Source: Schmidtea nova (taxonomy: Eukaryota). Taken from it: a stretch of DNA of 64,000 nt. A program made the position numbers and the translations under genes. The stretch lies in assembly GCA_044892505.1 (NCBI GenBank), contig CM097883.1:266104001-266168000 (forward strand), read 5' to 3'. Shown here piece by piece: positions 47,902-58,410 of the stretch; within the stretch, counting starts at the first letter, position 1, and every line of letters begins with the position of its first letter. Below the pieces are notes generated by a model. The model saw only the letters and a program-made list of their open reading frames with translations, searched no databases and was not told the DNA's origin.

Positions 47902-49347
47902 GGTAGCAAATCTCACTATAAATTGACTTTGTTCTATATAGCCTAGCTATATAGTAAAAATACGGGACGTTTAGTAGTTGGTGGGTGAAACATACTGCTG
48001 ATTACTGATAAGGGCCCGGGTAAGCAGGTCTTGTCGTCGACACGAGATTGTCGGTCCTGTGTACAGGTGTTTTGCAATTCTCACTGCCAAAGGAATTGTT
48101 CTAAGTGGCCTAGTTGCTTAGTAAACTCGATGTTGGCTCGATGTTGGTTATATAAGTGGTGGCAATTCTCACTATAAAACTGATATTGTTCTATATAGCT
48201 TAGCTATATAGTCAAATTCTAAGTGTTTGCCAGTTGGTGGGTGAAAAATACCACTGATTGCCAATTGATCTTAGGTCTGCGGTAGAAGAATTGGAGTGCT
48301 TCGGTGCTTCGACAATTCGGTGCCGCATTACTCTCATTAAGGGCTATCGAGTACCATGTGTTCGCCTTGAACAACTACGTCTAACGCAGGCGGGTTCTTG
48401 GGGTAGTGGTCAACTTTATACCTGTCCTTAAAAAAGGTAATATATAGCTTACGCATAGTTAGTGTTTGCATTCTTACATAGTTTTATCTTGCCAATAACA
48501 AGGCGGGATAGACCCTCTATAGTATATAGTCTCTATAGAGCAGATCCTACCACAGGAAAAATCATAATGGACCCATCAACGTTATGATCAGGCGAGGGTA
48601 GGGTACGTCCGGCAGATCAGAGTGGTGGCAATTCCCACTATAAAAATGATTTTGTTCTATATAGCCTAGCTATATAGTAAAAATACGGGACGTTTAGTAG
48701 TTGGTGGGTGAAACATACTGCTGATTACTGATAAGGGCCCGGGTAAGCAGGTCTTGTCGTCGACACGAGATTGTCGGTCCTGTGTACAGGTGTTTTGCAA
48801 TTCTCACTGCCAAAGGAATTGTTCTAAGTGGCCTAGTTGCTTAGTAAACTCGATGTTGGCTCGATGTTGGTTATATAAGTGGTGGCAATTCTCACTATAA
48901 AACTGATATTGTTCTATATAGCTTAGCTATATAGTCAAATTCTAAGTGTTTGCCAGTTGGTGGGTGAAAAATACCACTGATTGCCAATTGATCTTAGGTC
49001 TGCGGTAGAAGAATTGGAGTGCTTCGGTGCTTCGACAATTCGGTGCCGCATTACTCTCATTAAGGGCTATCGAGTACCATGTGTTCGCCTTGAACAACTA
49101 CGTCTAACGCAGGCGGGTTCTTGGGGTAGTGGTCAACTTTATACCTGTCCTTAAAAAAGGTAATATATAGCTTACGCATAGTTAGTGTTTGCATTCTTAC
49201 ATAGTTTTATCTTGCCAATAACAAGGCGGGATAGACCCTCTATAGTATATAGTCTCTATAGAGCAGATCCTACCACAGGAAAAATCATAACGGACCCATC
49301 AACGTTATGATCAGGCGAGGGTAGGGTACGTCCGGCAGATCAGAGTG
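47902..49347. repeat. ~723-bp tandem duplication in the right-arm R2 5' region
   Basis: GGCAGATCAGAGTG ends at 48624 and at 49347, with matching interiors. Confidence 0.9.
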
Positions 49348-50460
49348 ATACCCTTCTCACTATAAACGTGAATGGGTCTGTGTAGTACTGCTACATAAGT
49401 TCAAACCAGCCGCTAGGGTAAGGGCGGATAAGGGAGATCAGACTGACAGTTTTCGGTGGAGTAGTAGGCCACTACTCAACCGAAAACATGTTGGTACGAG
49501 AATTGACTAGTTTATAAGTATTAACTAGATCGAGATCTCCCCCTTAACCCAAGCACCGCCACGCCAAAATTTTCCTTGACTATTAATTCTTTTGATTTTA
49601 TTAATTTTATTAATTATTAATCATACTATCATTTTATTTTCAGATCCTAACTTAACTACATCTATATTATATTACACTTTATTTTATATCTCATTCTAGA
49701 TTCCCCATCATCTGGATTATTTATTCTAGGTTCATCACCACTTTTCTAGGTAATTATGTATTGGAGATATAAAGGAAAATAGGCATCTAATTATTATCAA
49801 TTTAGTATTATATAAGGAGAGGACTGGCCCAGTATGTCCTCCCCCCCATGGTTATTTATAAATTTAATTTTTGTATAAAGGTTATAGTGTATAATTGCCC
49901 ACATAGTGCCCTAAGGGGCACTATGTGGGCATTTTGCACAGACTTTTAATATGTATACTATATATAATGTATTCTTATCTATATATAAAGGTTGTAATGT
50001 ATAATTGCCCACATAGTGCCCCAAGGGGCACTATGTGGGCATTTTGCACAGACTTTTAATATGTATACTATATATAATGTATTCTTATCTATATATAGAG
50101 GTTGTAATGTATAATTGCACACATAGTGCCCTAAGGGGCACTATGTGGGCATTTTGCACAGACTTTTAATTATTATCATTATTATTATTATTATTATCAT
50201 TATTATTGGTACGATTATTAATGTTTAATTCTTTTTGATGTTCTGCTAGCACGAAAGCCCACATACAGCAAACTACTGGTTGTATGTGGGCTTTCATGCT
50301 AGGAAAATAATTATAATACTTAGGAATAAGACTGTACACGACCACCACCACTAAAGAACTAGGTAAGGTATCTATGTAGGTTAATTTTAGGACGGTGAGA
50401 CATTACCAAGGGAGGGTGTCTCATTGTAAAACACTCCCTTAAAAAACCAAACCATGAAAG

Positions 50461-53400
50461 ATGAAGCCTACAAAACAAACAATTACGAAGGGAGAGGAAG
50501 CCGCCGCCACTTTCGCTTGTGATTTTTGTGAAGCGATTTTTCCAACTAAAATTGGGAAGGGGGTACACACCAGTAACAAACATCGTGATAAACACGATGC
50601 CGCTAAGATAAATAAAATAAATAAAATCAACTCGCGTAACGCAATTTGGACTGTTGAGGAGGAAGTCCGCATGGCGAAGGTGCATGTGGCATGTGAGAGA
50701 CTCGAATGTAATAGGGGAGTTTTAATGTACAAATTAGGGACCGTTAGTGCTGATCGCTCCAAGGAGTCCATTAGAGCACACTTGAAAACGGTTAGGTATA
50801 GTAAGATATTACAGGTGTTGAGGGAAAACCCTGATGATAATATTTTCATACCACAAAACAAGCAGCAGGTTCAGTTCGCCCACGATGAATCGGACAAAGA
50901 AGCAATCATTAAATACCTCTCCGCACTACCAAAGAAGGAGGGTATTGATGATTGGCAAGAGCGCGACCTGGACTATATTATCCACGGTCCTTCTGCGTCT
51001 GATGAAAAAAGAAGATGTCTAGAGATATATTGTAATGATATAACCTTTAGCCATCGTCCCAAAGGAAAGCCACCCCGTAGTAAGGTTAGCCCACTAGTCA
51101 AGCCGTCCAAGGATGCGAAGAAGCATCTGAAGAAAGAGTTCCGAAGACAAACGTATGGAGCTCTCCAAGAATTATTCAAGAAAGACAGAAGTGCGGCAGC
51201 CAAAGTGATACTCGGGGGGAAGGTCGATTCTTTGGTGAGTGGTATCGAATCCGTTACGGGTCTAGGTGAGTATTGGCGCGGGGTTTTCGAAAGGGAATCG
51301 GAGGCTGATACAAGAGCTGTAGAGACTGTAACTGAGGAGAGTAATATGGTCTTACCTATAACCGGTTCAGAGGTTATGAATTCGGTTAAGGAAATAGACC
51401 TGAAGACTGCCTGTGGTCCTGATGGCGTTACTACTGCAACACTAAGGACGATCCCGACGTCTGTATTGGTAAAGTTATTTAATTTGGTTATTTATCTAGG
51501 TTATCTTCCTCCGGTTCTTAAAAGCTCCAGAACAACGCTAATTCCAAAAACCGATAATCCAAAAAGTCCAAGCGATTATCGGCCTATTTCTATAAATTCT
51601 GTGATAACTCGAGTTTTGAATAAAATTCTCGCTCAGCGAACCCTAAATTACGATAAAAGTTTTTCAGCCCAAAAAGGGTTTAAACCAATAGATGGATGTC
51701 TAGAGAACACTATTTTACTAGACTCCATCCTCTCTGACGCACGTAAAAATAAAAAGAATATTGCCCTCGCCTTCATTGACATGAAGAAAGCTTTTGATTC
51801 TGTCAATCACGACAGTATTCTGCGAGCGGCAAAAATAGCCCATTACCCCAAACTACTCTTAAATTATATAGAAAATAGCTACACTGACGCCGAGACTATT
51901 GTAGATGGAACGCCAGCTACGTTCAAAAGAGGTGTAAAGCAAGGGGGCCCGCTTTCACCCGCACTTTTTAATAATATTATTGAGTTGGCGATTGAGAAAG
52001 CCTACAAAACCCAACTCGGATACAAGATGAATGGAAATACCTATCCCATTATGGCCTACGCTGATGATATTATCCTTCTAGCTGAGACCAGAGATGGACT
52101 CCAAGACATTCTTTCTTCTGTTCTTCGAGAACTTGGTGAAAATGGTCTTGCAGTGAATGCTGCAAAGTGTGCGTCCATTGTAGCCAAAAGAGACGGGAAG
52201 AATGACAGTTGGATAATAACTCCGGAGCGAGTGGCCGATGGTGAAGAGGAATTTCCCATTTTGTTATCAAATGATTTTTATAAATATCTAGGCATTTATT
52301 TTGGTCCGCTGGGTAAAATGAAAAATAATCTAACTAAAATATATACAGAACGCATTAATAATATTACTATTTCCCCTATTAAACCACAACAAAAACTGGA
52401 AGTCTTAATTAACTTCCTTATACCGGGCATTTTGCACGAAGCAATTTTAGGCGAAACTGATGACTTGGAGCTTTGTGAACTGGATAAGATGACCCGGATG
52501 CTAGTTCGCAAATGGCTACATCTACCCAAAGATACGTGCTCTTCGTACATTCACTCCAAAGTTAATGATGGAGGAATGGGGGTACCTACTCTCTTGGCTG
52601 AGGTGAAGTTTGCGAAGATAACCAGATTGAAGAGGCTTGCCGATAGCAGTGACGGAAGGATTCGCGGATTAGTGGAGCAGGATGTTGTCAGAAACTTGTT
52701 AGCCAAATGGAGTAAGCCTATTAAAACTGGTGACTCCCTGGCGTACGAAAAACATACCTATTACGAGTCGATGCGAGACTTGCTGTATACAAAGCTAGAT
52801 GGGAAGGGTCTGTGTGAAAGCGACGAGGTGCCTTTTGTTCATAACTGGCTTAAGGCCCGGACTAAGTTGATGACAGGTAGATCCTTCGTTAACAGTGTCA
52901 AAGTTCGTGGAAACCTTTTTAGTACCCCGACGCGACTCAGTCGTATGAATGGCGGCTCCGCCACTTCATCATCTATATGTAAGGCGGGCTGTGGGGATCC
53001 CTGCAGTCTTAGCCACATATCACAAAAGTGCACTGCTACGCATGGGATGCGAGTAGAAAGACACAATAAAGTGATGCTTTTTACAGCTGATATCGCGAGG
53101 AAGAAGGGTTGGAAGACCCTTGTGGAGCCGGTTATACCGTATAAAGAGACTATACGAAAACCGGATTTAGTAATCATCAAGGACCGCCGTGCTATGGTCG
53201 TGGATGTACAAATTGTTAGTGACAAGTCAGATCTGAGAGAACGGAATGCTACAAAGTCCAAGGTATACGATGAGATAGAGATACGTGACTGGGTCCTTGA
53301 GCAGGGGGCAGATACGGTACAGTTTGGTGCGTTAACATTGAACTGGCGGGGTATCTGGGCTAAGGATTCATGGGACACCGTACAGAAATTCGGTGTCACA

Positions 53401-53481
53401 CAGTCAGATGCAATGCTCATATCTTTGAAGGTACTAAACTGGACGGCGAGAATGTATTGCGCTTGGAGGACTTGGCACTAG
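50461..53481 (+). CDS. R2-type protein, 1006 aa
   Basis: Same domain order as the other copies; QGGPLSP in place of QGDPLSP; different N-terminus. Confidence 0.95.
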   Translation: MKPTKQTITKGEEAAATFACDFCEAIFPTKIGKGVHTSNKHRDKHDAAKINKINKINSRNAIWTVEEEVRMAKVHVACERLECNRGVLMYKLGTVSADRSKESIRAHLKTVRYSKILQVLRENPDDNIFIPQNKQQVQFAHDESDKEAIIKYLSALPKKEGIDDWQERDLDYIIHGPSASDEKRRCLEIYCNDITFSHRPKGKPPRSKVSPLVKPSKDAKKHLKKEFRRQTYGALQELFKKDRSAAAKVILGGKVDSLVSGIESVTGLGEYWRGVFERESEADTRAVETVTEESNMVLPITGSEVMNSVKEIDLKTACGPDGVTTATLRTIPTSVLVKLFNLVIYLGYLPPVLKSSRTTLIPKTDNPKSPSDYRPISINSVITRVLNKILAQRTLNYDKSFSAQKGFKPIDGCLENTILLDSILSDARKNKKNIALAFIDMKKAFDSVNHDSILRAAKIAHYPKLLLNYIENSYTDAETIVDGTPATFKRGVKQGGPLSPALFNNIIELAIEKAYKTQLGYKMNGNTYPIMAYADDIILLAETRDGLQDILSSVLRELGENGLAVNAAKCASIVAKRDGKNDSWIITPERVADGEEEFPILLSNDFYKYLGIYFGPLGKMKNNLTKIYTERINNITISPIKPQQKLEVLINFLIPGILHEAILGETDDLELCELDKMTRMLVRKWLHLPKDTCSSYIHSKVNDGGMGVPTLLAEVKFAKITRLKRLADSSDGRIRGLVEQDVVRNLLAKWSKPIKTGDSLAYEKHTYYESMRDLLYTKLDGKGLCESDEVPFVHNWLKARTKLMTGRSFVNSVKVRGNLFSTPTRLSRMNGGSATSSSICKAGCGDPCSLSHISQKCTATHGMRVERHNKVMLFTADIARKKGWKTLVEPVIPYKETIRKPDLVIIKDRRAMVVDVQIVSDKSDLRERNATKSKVYDEIEIRDWVLEQGADTVQFGALTLNWRGIWAKDSWDTVQKFGVTQSDAMLISLKVLNWTARMYCAWRTWH

Positions 53482-54994
53482 CAGTTTGTATGTTTATATA
53501 ATAAAAGTATTCTTTTTAATATTATCTTTATTATTAAAATAAACATATACTTTATATACTAACGTTACGTTTAATTTTCTTATTGTTCTCATTGTTAATA
53601 TGCTTATATATATTTTTAGTCTCAGGTTGCATGATTGTTTGTCTGTATGTTTGCCTGTTTTATAAAATAAGGGGCAGATCTAATTAAAATAATCGTTAAA
53701 CTAAAAACATTTAGAAGGAAAAATTGCTTTGTAGGTTTCGCTCGTGGATTTGGGGGCTGCTTCCGAGACCCATTGTAGGGATAACAGAAGAAGCTGCGAA
53801 GAACTCTCCCGACAGTCCGTAGAGGATCTTCTTTAGCTCAGAGGGTGGGTGTACGATGAACTGAGGGTGCAAGAGTGGGTGAAATTCCCTTATAAATCCC
53901 GCTATTAGGTTCAAGTCCTACATTCGAGAAGATCCTGTGGTAAGATCATTACTTTGAGTTTTCTTTAGGCATATTCGATCTTCCCTACAAAAACAACCGT
54001 ATCCTCTTAAAGTTTATTCTATTTTATTTTATTTTATTTTATATATATAATAAACCGGGAAAACTGGACGCAAACATGTATATAAATCTCTTGAAGAATC
54101 AGGCAAGACATTATCAAAGCCTCGAATCTAATAGAGTATTAGTGTTTGTATGAGGATGAGTACGATGCTTGTCCGGCAGCGTGGGAGTAGAACCACCAGC
54201 TACAAAAAGACAAACTACGCTATTTAGATTGCTGAATAGGACTACACGAGTTATGACTACTTATCATAACCAATGGCAGCGCAGCTTAGTGCCAGTCTCA
54301 CCGTTTAAATGACAGCGAAAGCAAGATATTCGGAGCTGGTTGGTGTTAAGTTGTAAAGACAGTGTGGGAGTAGGACCACCAGTTATAAAAAGATAAACTG
54401 CACCACTCGGCTTGCTAAGTGGGTTTACATGCGTCAACGCGGCCGGTAATACGATTGCCTTAATAACGTACCTGTGGTGGGGGCAGCGCAGGGGGGAGCC
54501 GGATACCACAAGTATCTTTTGTCCTCTAAAGAATCCGTTGATCTATCATGTAAGTTGAATGTTGGTCGTTGATTTTGTGGCTTGCCACTATGATTCGACT
54601 GGCATTAATCTATCACTTCGACACTAATAAACTAACTCGAGTACAAAGAGAGGAAGTTTACCAAGTGTAAGTAAAGGTGATAGATGGTCCAAAGGTGATG
54701 AGGCACTGAGTAATCTCTAGGGATTGCTACCTATGCACACTTTGAGTAAAGTGTGCAGGCAAACCAATTGCTAATAAAGCGGTAAAACGTATGTTGGCTT
54801 TTGGGGAAAGACTCCGATAAAGAGTTTATTACTCCTGCTAATCCTTGGTGGGAAAAACGAGTGAAGCATCTGCGTAGGTTGGTTCCAAAACAAACTGACC
54901 TTACAAAGAGCCTGTGCTTAAAAAGGAAAATAAAACTCCAGGTTAATAGCTCGTTTTATACTTTATCTGTGAGTTTCTCTAGCCATATGCCTCG

Positions 54995-55440
54995 ACTGAC
55001 AAAAAAAAATCCTATAGAAAAGATTGAAAAAAATTTTTCTATACAAAAGACCGACATAAAATTCTCTATTCAAAATAACCATAACAAAAATCCTATTCAA
55101 AAATACCAGATCAAAAATCACTGTACAAAATTTCAGAGTCCCTTTTTGCCCGAGAAAGAAATCTCCGAGTAGAAAATCCTATTCAAAAGATTGATAAAAA
55201 TTTCCTATACAAAAGATCGACCCAAAAACATAGTGGCTCCCCAACCCACCTGTACAAAAGACCGACAAAATTTTCCTATACAAAAGATCGACGAAAATTT
55301 TCCTATACAAAAGATCGACGAAAATTTTCCTATACAAAAGATCGACGAAAAAACATAGTGGCTCCCCAACCCACTTTTTTTTCTAGGGGGGGGGGGTGGG
55401 TTGGGGAGCCACTGGGTTGGGGAGCCACTAACTACCTACT
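54995..55440 (-). repeat. Right TIR
   Basis: Reverse complement of 12651-13093; ends CCTACT followed by the TSD ATTGTG. Confidence 0.93.
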
Positions 55441-55664
55441 ATTGTGATTCAAAGTCAATTTTAAAATCAAGAATTCAAACATCTGACGTACCTCAACAAT
55501 CCAATGCTTCTTTTGATGATTTCAAGTTAAATAGTGATATCTCTGACAGTATATTTACTGAGACAATAAAGAATTTATTGATGCTTCTTTTGATCGTTAC
55601 AAAAATTACAGTATGTTGGCTGATGAAATTAAAGGTTTTGTAAAAATGGTCTTGGCTCCATTCA
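55441..55664 (+). repeat. 3' LTR of second BEL element, right half
   Basis: Colinear with 6024-6247; ends GGCTCCATTCA. Confidence 0.92.
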
Positions 55665-56286
55665 ATAATAATAATAATGGTTAGCCGCGTATAGCTCTGA
55701 TTGATTTCCTCATCAATTGAAAATTCTGTAATTTTACGAAGCTTCTTTTCCCAATAGCTTTTAGCTTCCAACTGTTTTCCACCAACCGCAACAGCTTGAT
55801 GACCAGCTACAAATCCACTTGGATCGGCATTTAATAACAGTGGCTCATCCATCTCCTTATCATATGTCAATGTGATCATTGAACAGCCTAATGGCCTCAT
55901 TTCAGCTGATTGAGTGTACAATTGATTAATATCGGCAATACATCGACAAATCATGTCACAAGACATTTCGTATCCAATTTTGCATTTAAATCGTGCATCT
56001 TCCATTTGTGCACGGCATACTTGCGATCTGGAATCAGGAATCATACCGGTCCTAACGCAACCGGTACTTTCAGTTATATTAAATAATCTTGTAGCTGAAC
56101 TCTTTTCAATCATTTTATCTGGGACTTTTCTTTGTGTAGCAACTTCGCCACAATCATTACCTCGAACACCAACAGAAAGTAATCCATCTAAAGCAATCGC
56201 TTTAAATGCATATTCGACCTGAAATAATCTGCCTTCGGGTGAAAAATAGTCATATAACGATCAAAAACACTCGAGCCCAATGAAAT
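55665..56286 (-). pseudogene. PSMA6: Proteasome subunit alpha type-6, intronless, frameshifted and truncated by the BEL LTR
   Basis: GSSVFDRYMTIF/PEGRLFQVEYAFKAI...VPDK...GMIPDSRSQV...YTQSAEMRPLGCSM...DPSG; ATT where ATG is expected; 1-nt loss in a T-run near 56245. Confidence 0.88.
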
Positions 56287-56562
56287 TTTTTAATTCATCA
56301 ATTTACAAAAACAAATATCAAAACCTCAACACAGCTAATTACAAAAATTAGTCCAGATTTAAATTCCCTAAAAAAATCACATTATTCATCAAATATTTTA
56401 AACTCCAAACCTAAAAATTCATTACAACTAGTTCAGCAAAACAAAATCTAAATCAGTCTAAAAAGTTTAATAAATTCGATAATTTGGATAAAATGTAATT
56501 TCTAGACAAAACTCGTTCAGTCGAAAACCACATTAACAAAGTCAGTTCCATTTAACTTAAAC

Positions 56563-56874
56563 TTATTCGAGCTCTTTTATTACCGCGATCTTATTGATTA
56601 TTTGTACAAGAATTTCTTGAATCTGCAAGACATTATCCGGTAGTTGATATATTTGCTTTATTGCTTCTAAATCAGTACTCGATTGTATGTTATTTCCACA
56701 GTCTATTAGCGAGTCAGTCTGTGCGATGCTTGTCTTGAAATCCTCTTCGGTAGATCCTATGGGAATCAAATATATCGCTATTATCAACTTTGTTGAAGGC
56801 TGAATGCCGATTTGCTTAAAACAGTTAGTTATTTTATTACTCATACTGAGGCAGTAAATGATTTCTGCTGCCAA
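56563..56874 (-). pseudogene. TPRKB: C-terminal half of KEOPS subunit CGI121/TPRKB
   Basis: AAEIIYCLSMSNKITNCFKQIGI, EAIKQIYQL and IINKIAVIKEL resemble [32 protein letters not shown] and IICRMSTKDV; 5' half cut off by (AAT)n and an LTR. Confidence 0.75.
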
Positions 56875-56917
56875 TATTATTATTATTATTATTATTATTA
56901 TTGTTGGGTTATTATTC

Positions 56918-57665
56918 TGTAAGATCGGTTTACTGACCTGACTCCTCGTGCTCTTTAATTATCGAAATCAATGAACCCAACACAGAACAATCTTTTTATT
57001 CACGATCAACACAAATTACAATTTTTGTTACACACACGTTTGATTAATTTACGCTTTATTTCGGATTCGGATTTGACTCTTTAATTCACAGGATGCTTTC
57101 TTACTTTGTCTGTTTAATCTCTTCAGGATCTTTCTCTATTCGTTTTCAAAGTCTTTGCAATAATCTCTTTTTAACTGTCCACTCGTCGGCCCCGTCCTCT
57201 GTTTTGCGCTGCCTTTTATAGTTCTCGCAAATAGCAATTAGGTTTATTCGATCTCTAAACGTTAATCAATTTCGGGTTTAATTGTTTTGCTGACAATTAA
57301 TTTTGATTACCCTCGAATTGATTTTCCCTAATTGCCCCGACTTTGATCTCTCGGGTCTCTTTGCGCTCGGGCTTTCCTCATCGCTCGGGTTTCCCATTGC
57401 CTCGGGCTTCCCATTGTCTCGGGTTTCCCATTGATCGATTAATTAATTTTAATTAGTTTGTTTTTATTAAATAACTTTCTCTGGGGGCCCCTTATTAAAT
57501 TTCTATTATTATTTTTGGGTTTGTCTTTTGATTTGGCATTCAACCATACCCATTTCCCCCGATGAATATTAATTTTAAATTTTAGATAAATTTTAATTAA
57601 TTTTTGCACTTTTATTTATTTTGATATTTCCTATTACCTTTTTGATTTTTATACTAACCCCAACA
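56918..57665 (-). repeat. LTR with upstream PPT, element otherwise truncated
   Basis: Minus strand AAAGGGGTGAGATA-TGTTG...CTTACA; TATAAAAG near 57215 and AATAAA near 57000-57060; internal CTCGGG(T/C)TTCCCATTG repeats; no TSD seen. Confidence 0.55.
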
Positions 57666-57749
57666 TATCTCACCCCTTTATTTAAGATTCGTCCTCGAAT
57701 CTATCTTTTCATTTATTAGACTGGTAGGGTCCACTCAATACCGTTAATA

Positions 57750-58410
57750 CATATGATAATAATAGTTTAAATTATAAATAAGATGGTAGAGTAATCTCAA
57801 TACCAACTTTAATATCCTACAATTTACTATACAAAAATTGCCCTGACAATACTCTAATGTTGATAATAATCATGATACTAATATTCATTGTAGTAGCCTA
57901 ATAATGATAATAGTGATAGAAATGACAAATCATTAATTTTACTTGTCAAATTTTATAACACTAGCAATAACAGCAACAACCATATTATAATAACAATTGA
58001 TGATATTAACAATATTGATCACTCATTCTAACAACAACATTAACACTTATACTTGTAATAATAGCAATAGTAATAATGATATTAATGGTAATATTTCTAA
58101 TAGTAATTTAACAATACAATACCTGTTACAATTATCACCAGCAATAATCATGATAATAATTTTAATATTATTAATAGTTTTAATTTTGACTAATAGTGAT
58201 TATTTTGATTTTCATTACTACTAATAATACCTCTATAATGATAATTATACTTATAATGTTGGTGTTAAGATAATAATATTAATAATACTAATATAACAAT
58301 AAAGTAACAATAAGAATTTTGATAATGTGAAAATAACCCTAATGTGATAATGTGATAATGTAATAATGTGATAATAACCATATTCACAATAATAATAATT
58401 ATTATAATTA
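57750..58410. repeat. Degenerate (AAT)n low-complexity tract (also 56876-56902 and 60240-60490)
   Basis: Read directly. Confidence 0.85.

Larger units (their letters stand above)
46864..54994 (+). mobile_element. R2-clade element in the right TIR (full length, distinct variant)
   Basis: 28S fragment at the 5' end; TAGCCATATGCCTCG at 54980-54994. Confidence 0.92.
12651..55440. mobile_element. Maverick/Polinton-like TIR element (non-autonomous), carrying R2 elements
   Basis: Termini AGTAGGTAG...CTACCTACT, ~440-bp TIRs, ATTGTG duplicated at 12645-12650 and 55441-55446 (single at empty site 6024-6029), adenain-like protease relic inside. Confidence 0.8.
5498..55664 (+). mobile_element. Second BEL/Pao LTR retrotransposon (decayed); 3' LTR split by a 42.8-kb insertion
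   Basis: 5' LTR, PBS, gag-PR-RT-RH-IN remnants, PPT, and a 3' LTR in two halves (12104-12650 and 55441-55664) colinear with the 5' LTR. Confidence 0.9.

Noticed and set aside
12651-55440. Mutator/Foldback, hAT or Helitron identity for the large element
   Set aside because: TSD is 6 bp with AG/CT ends (not 8-9 bp, and not TC...CTRR without TSD), and an adenain-like relic is present
56918-57749. Solo LTR TGTAA...ATACA with TSD, or 3' LTR of the Gypsy at 63.8 kb
   Set aside because: Flanks do not match as a TSD; PPT placement favours an end at 57665; 3 kb of low-complexity DNA and a gap separate it from the Gypsy ORFs
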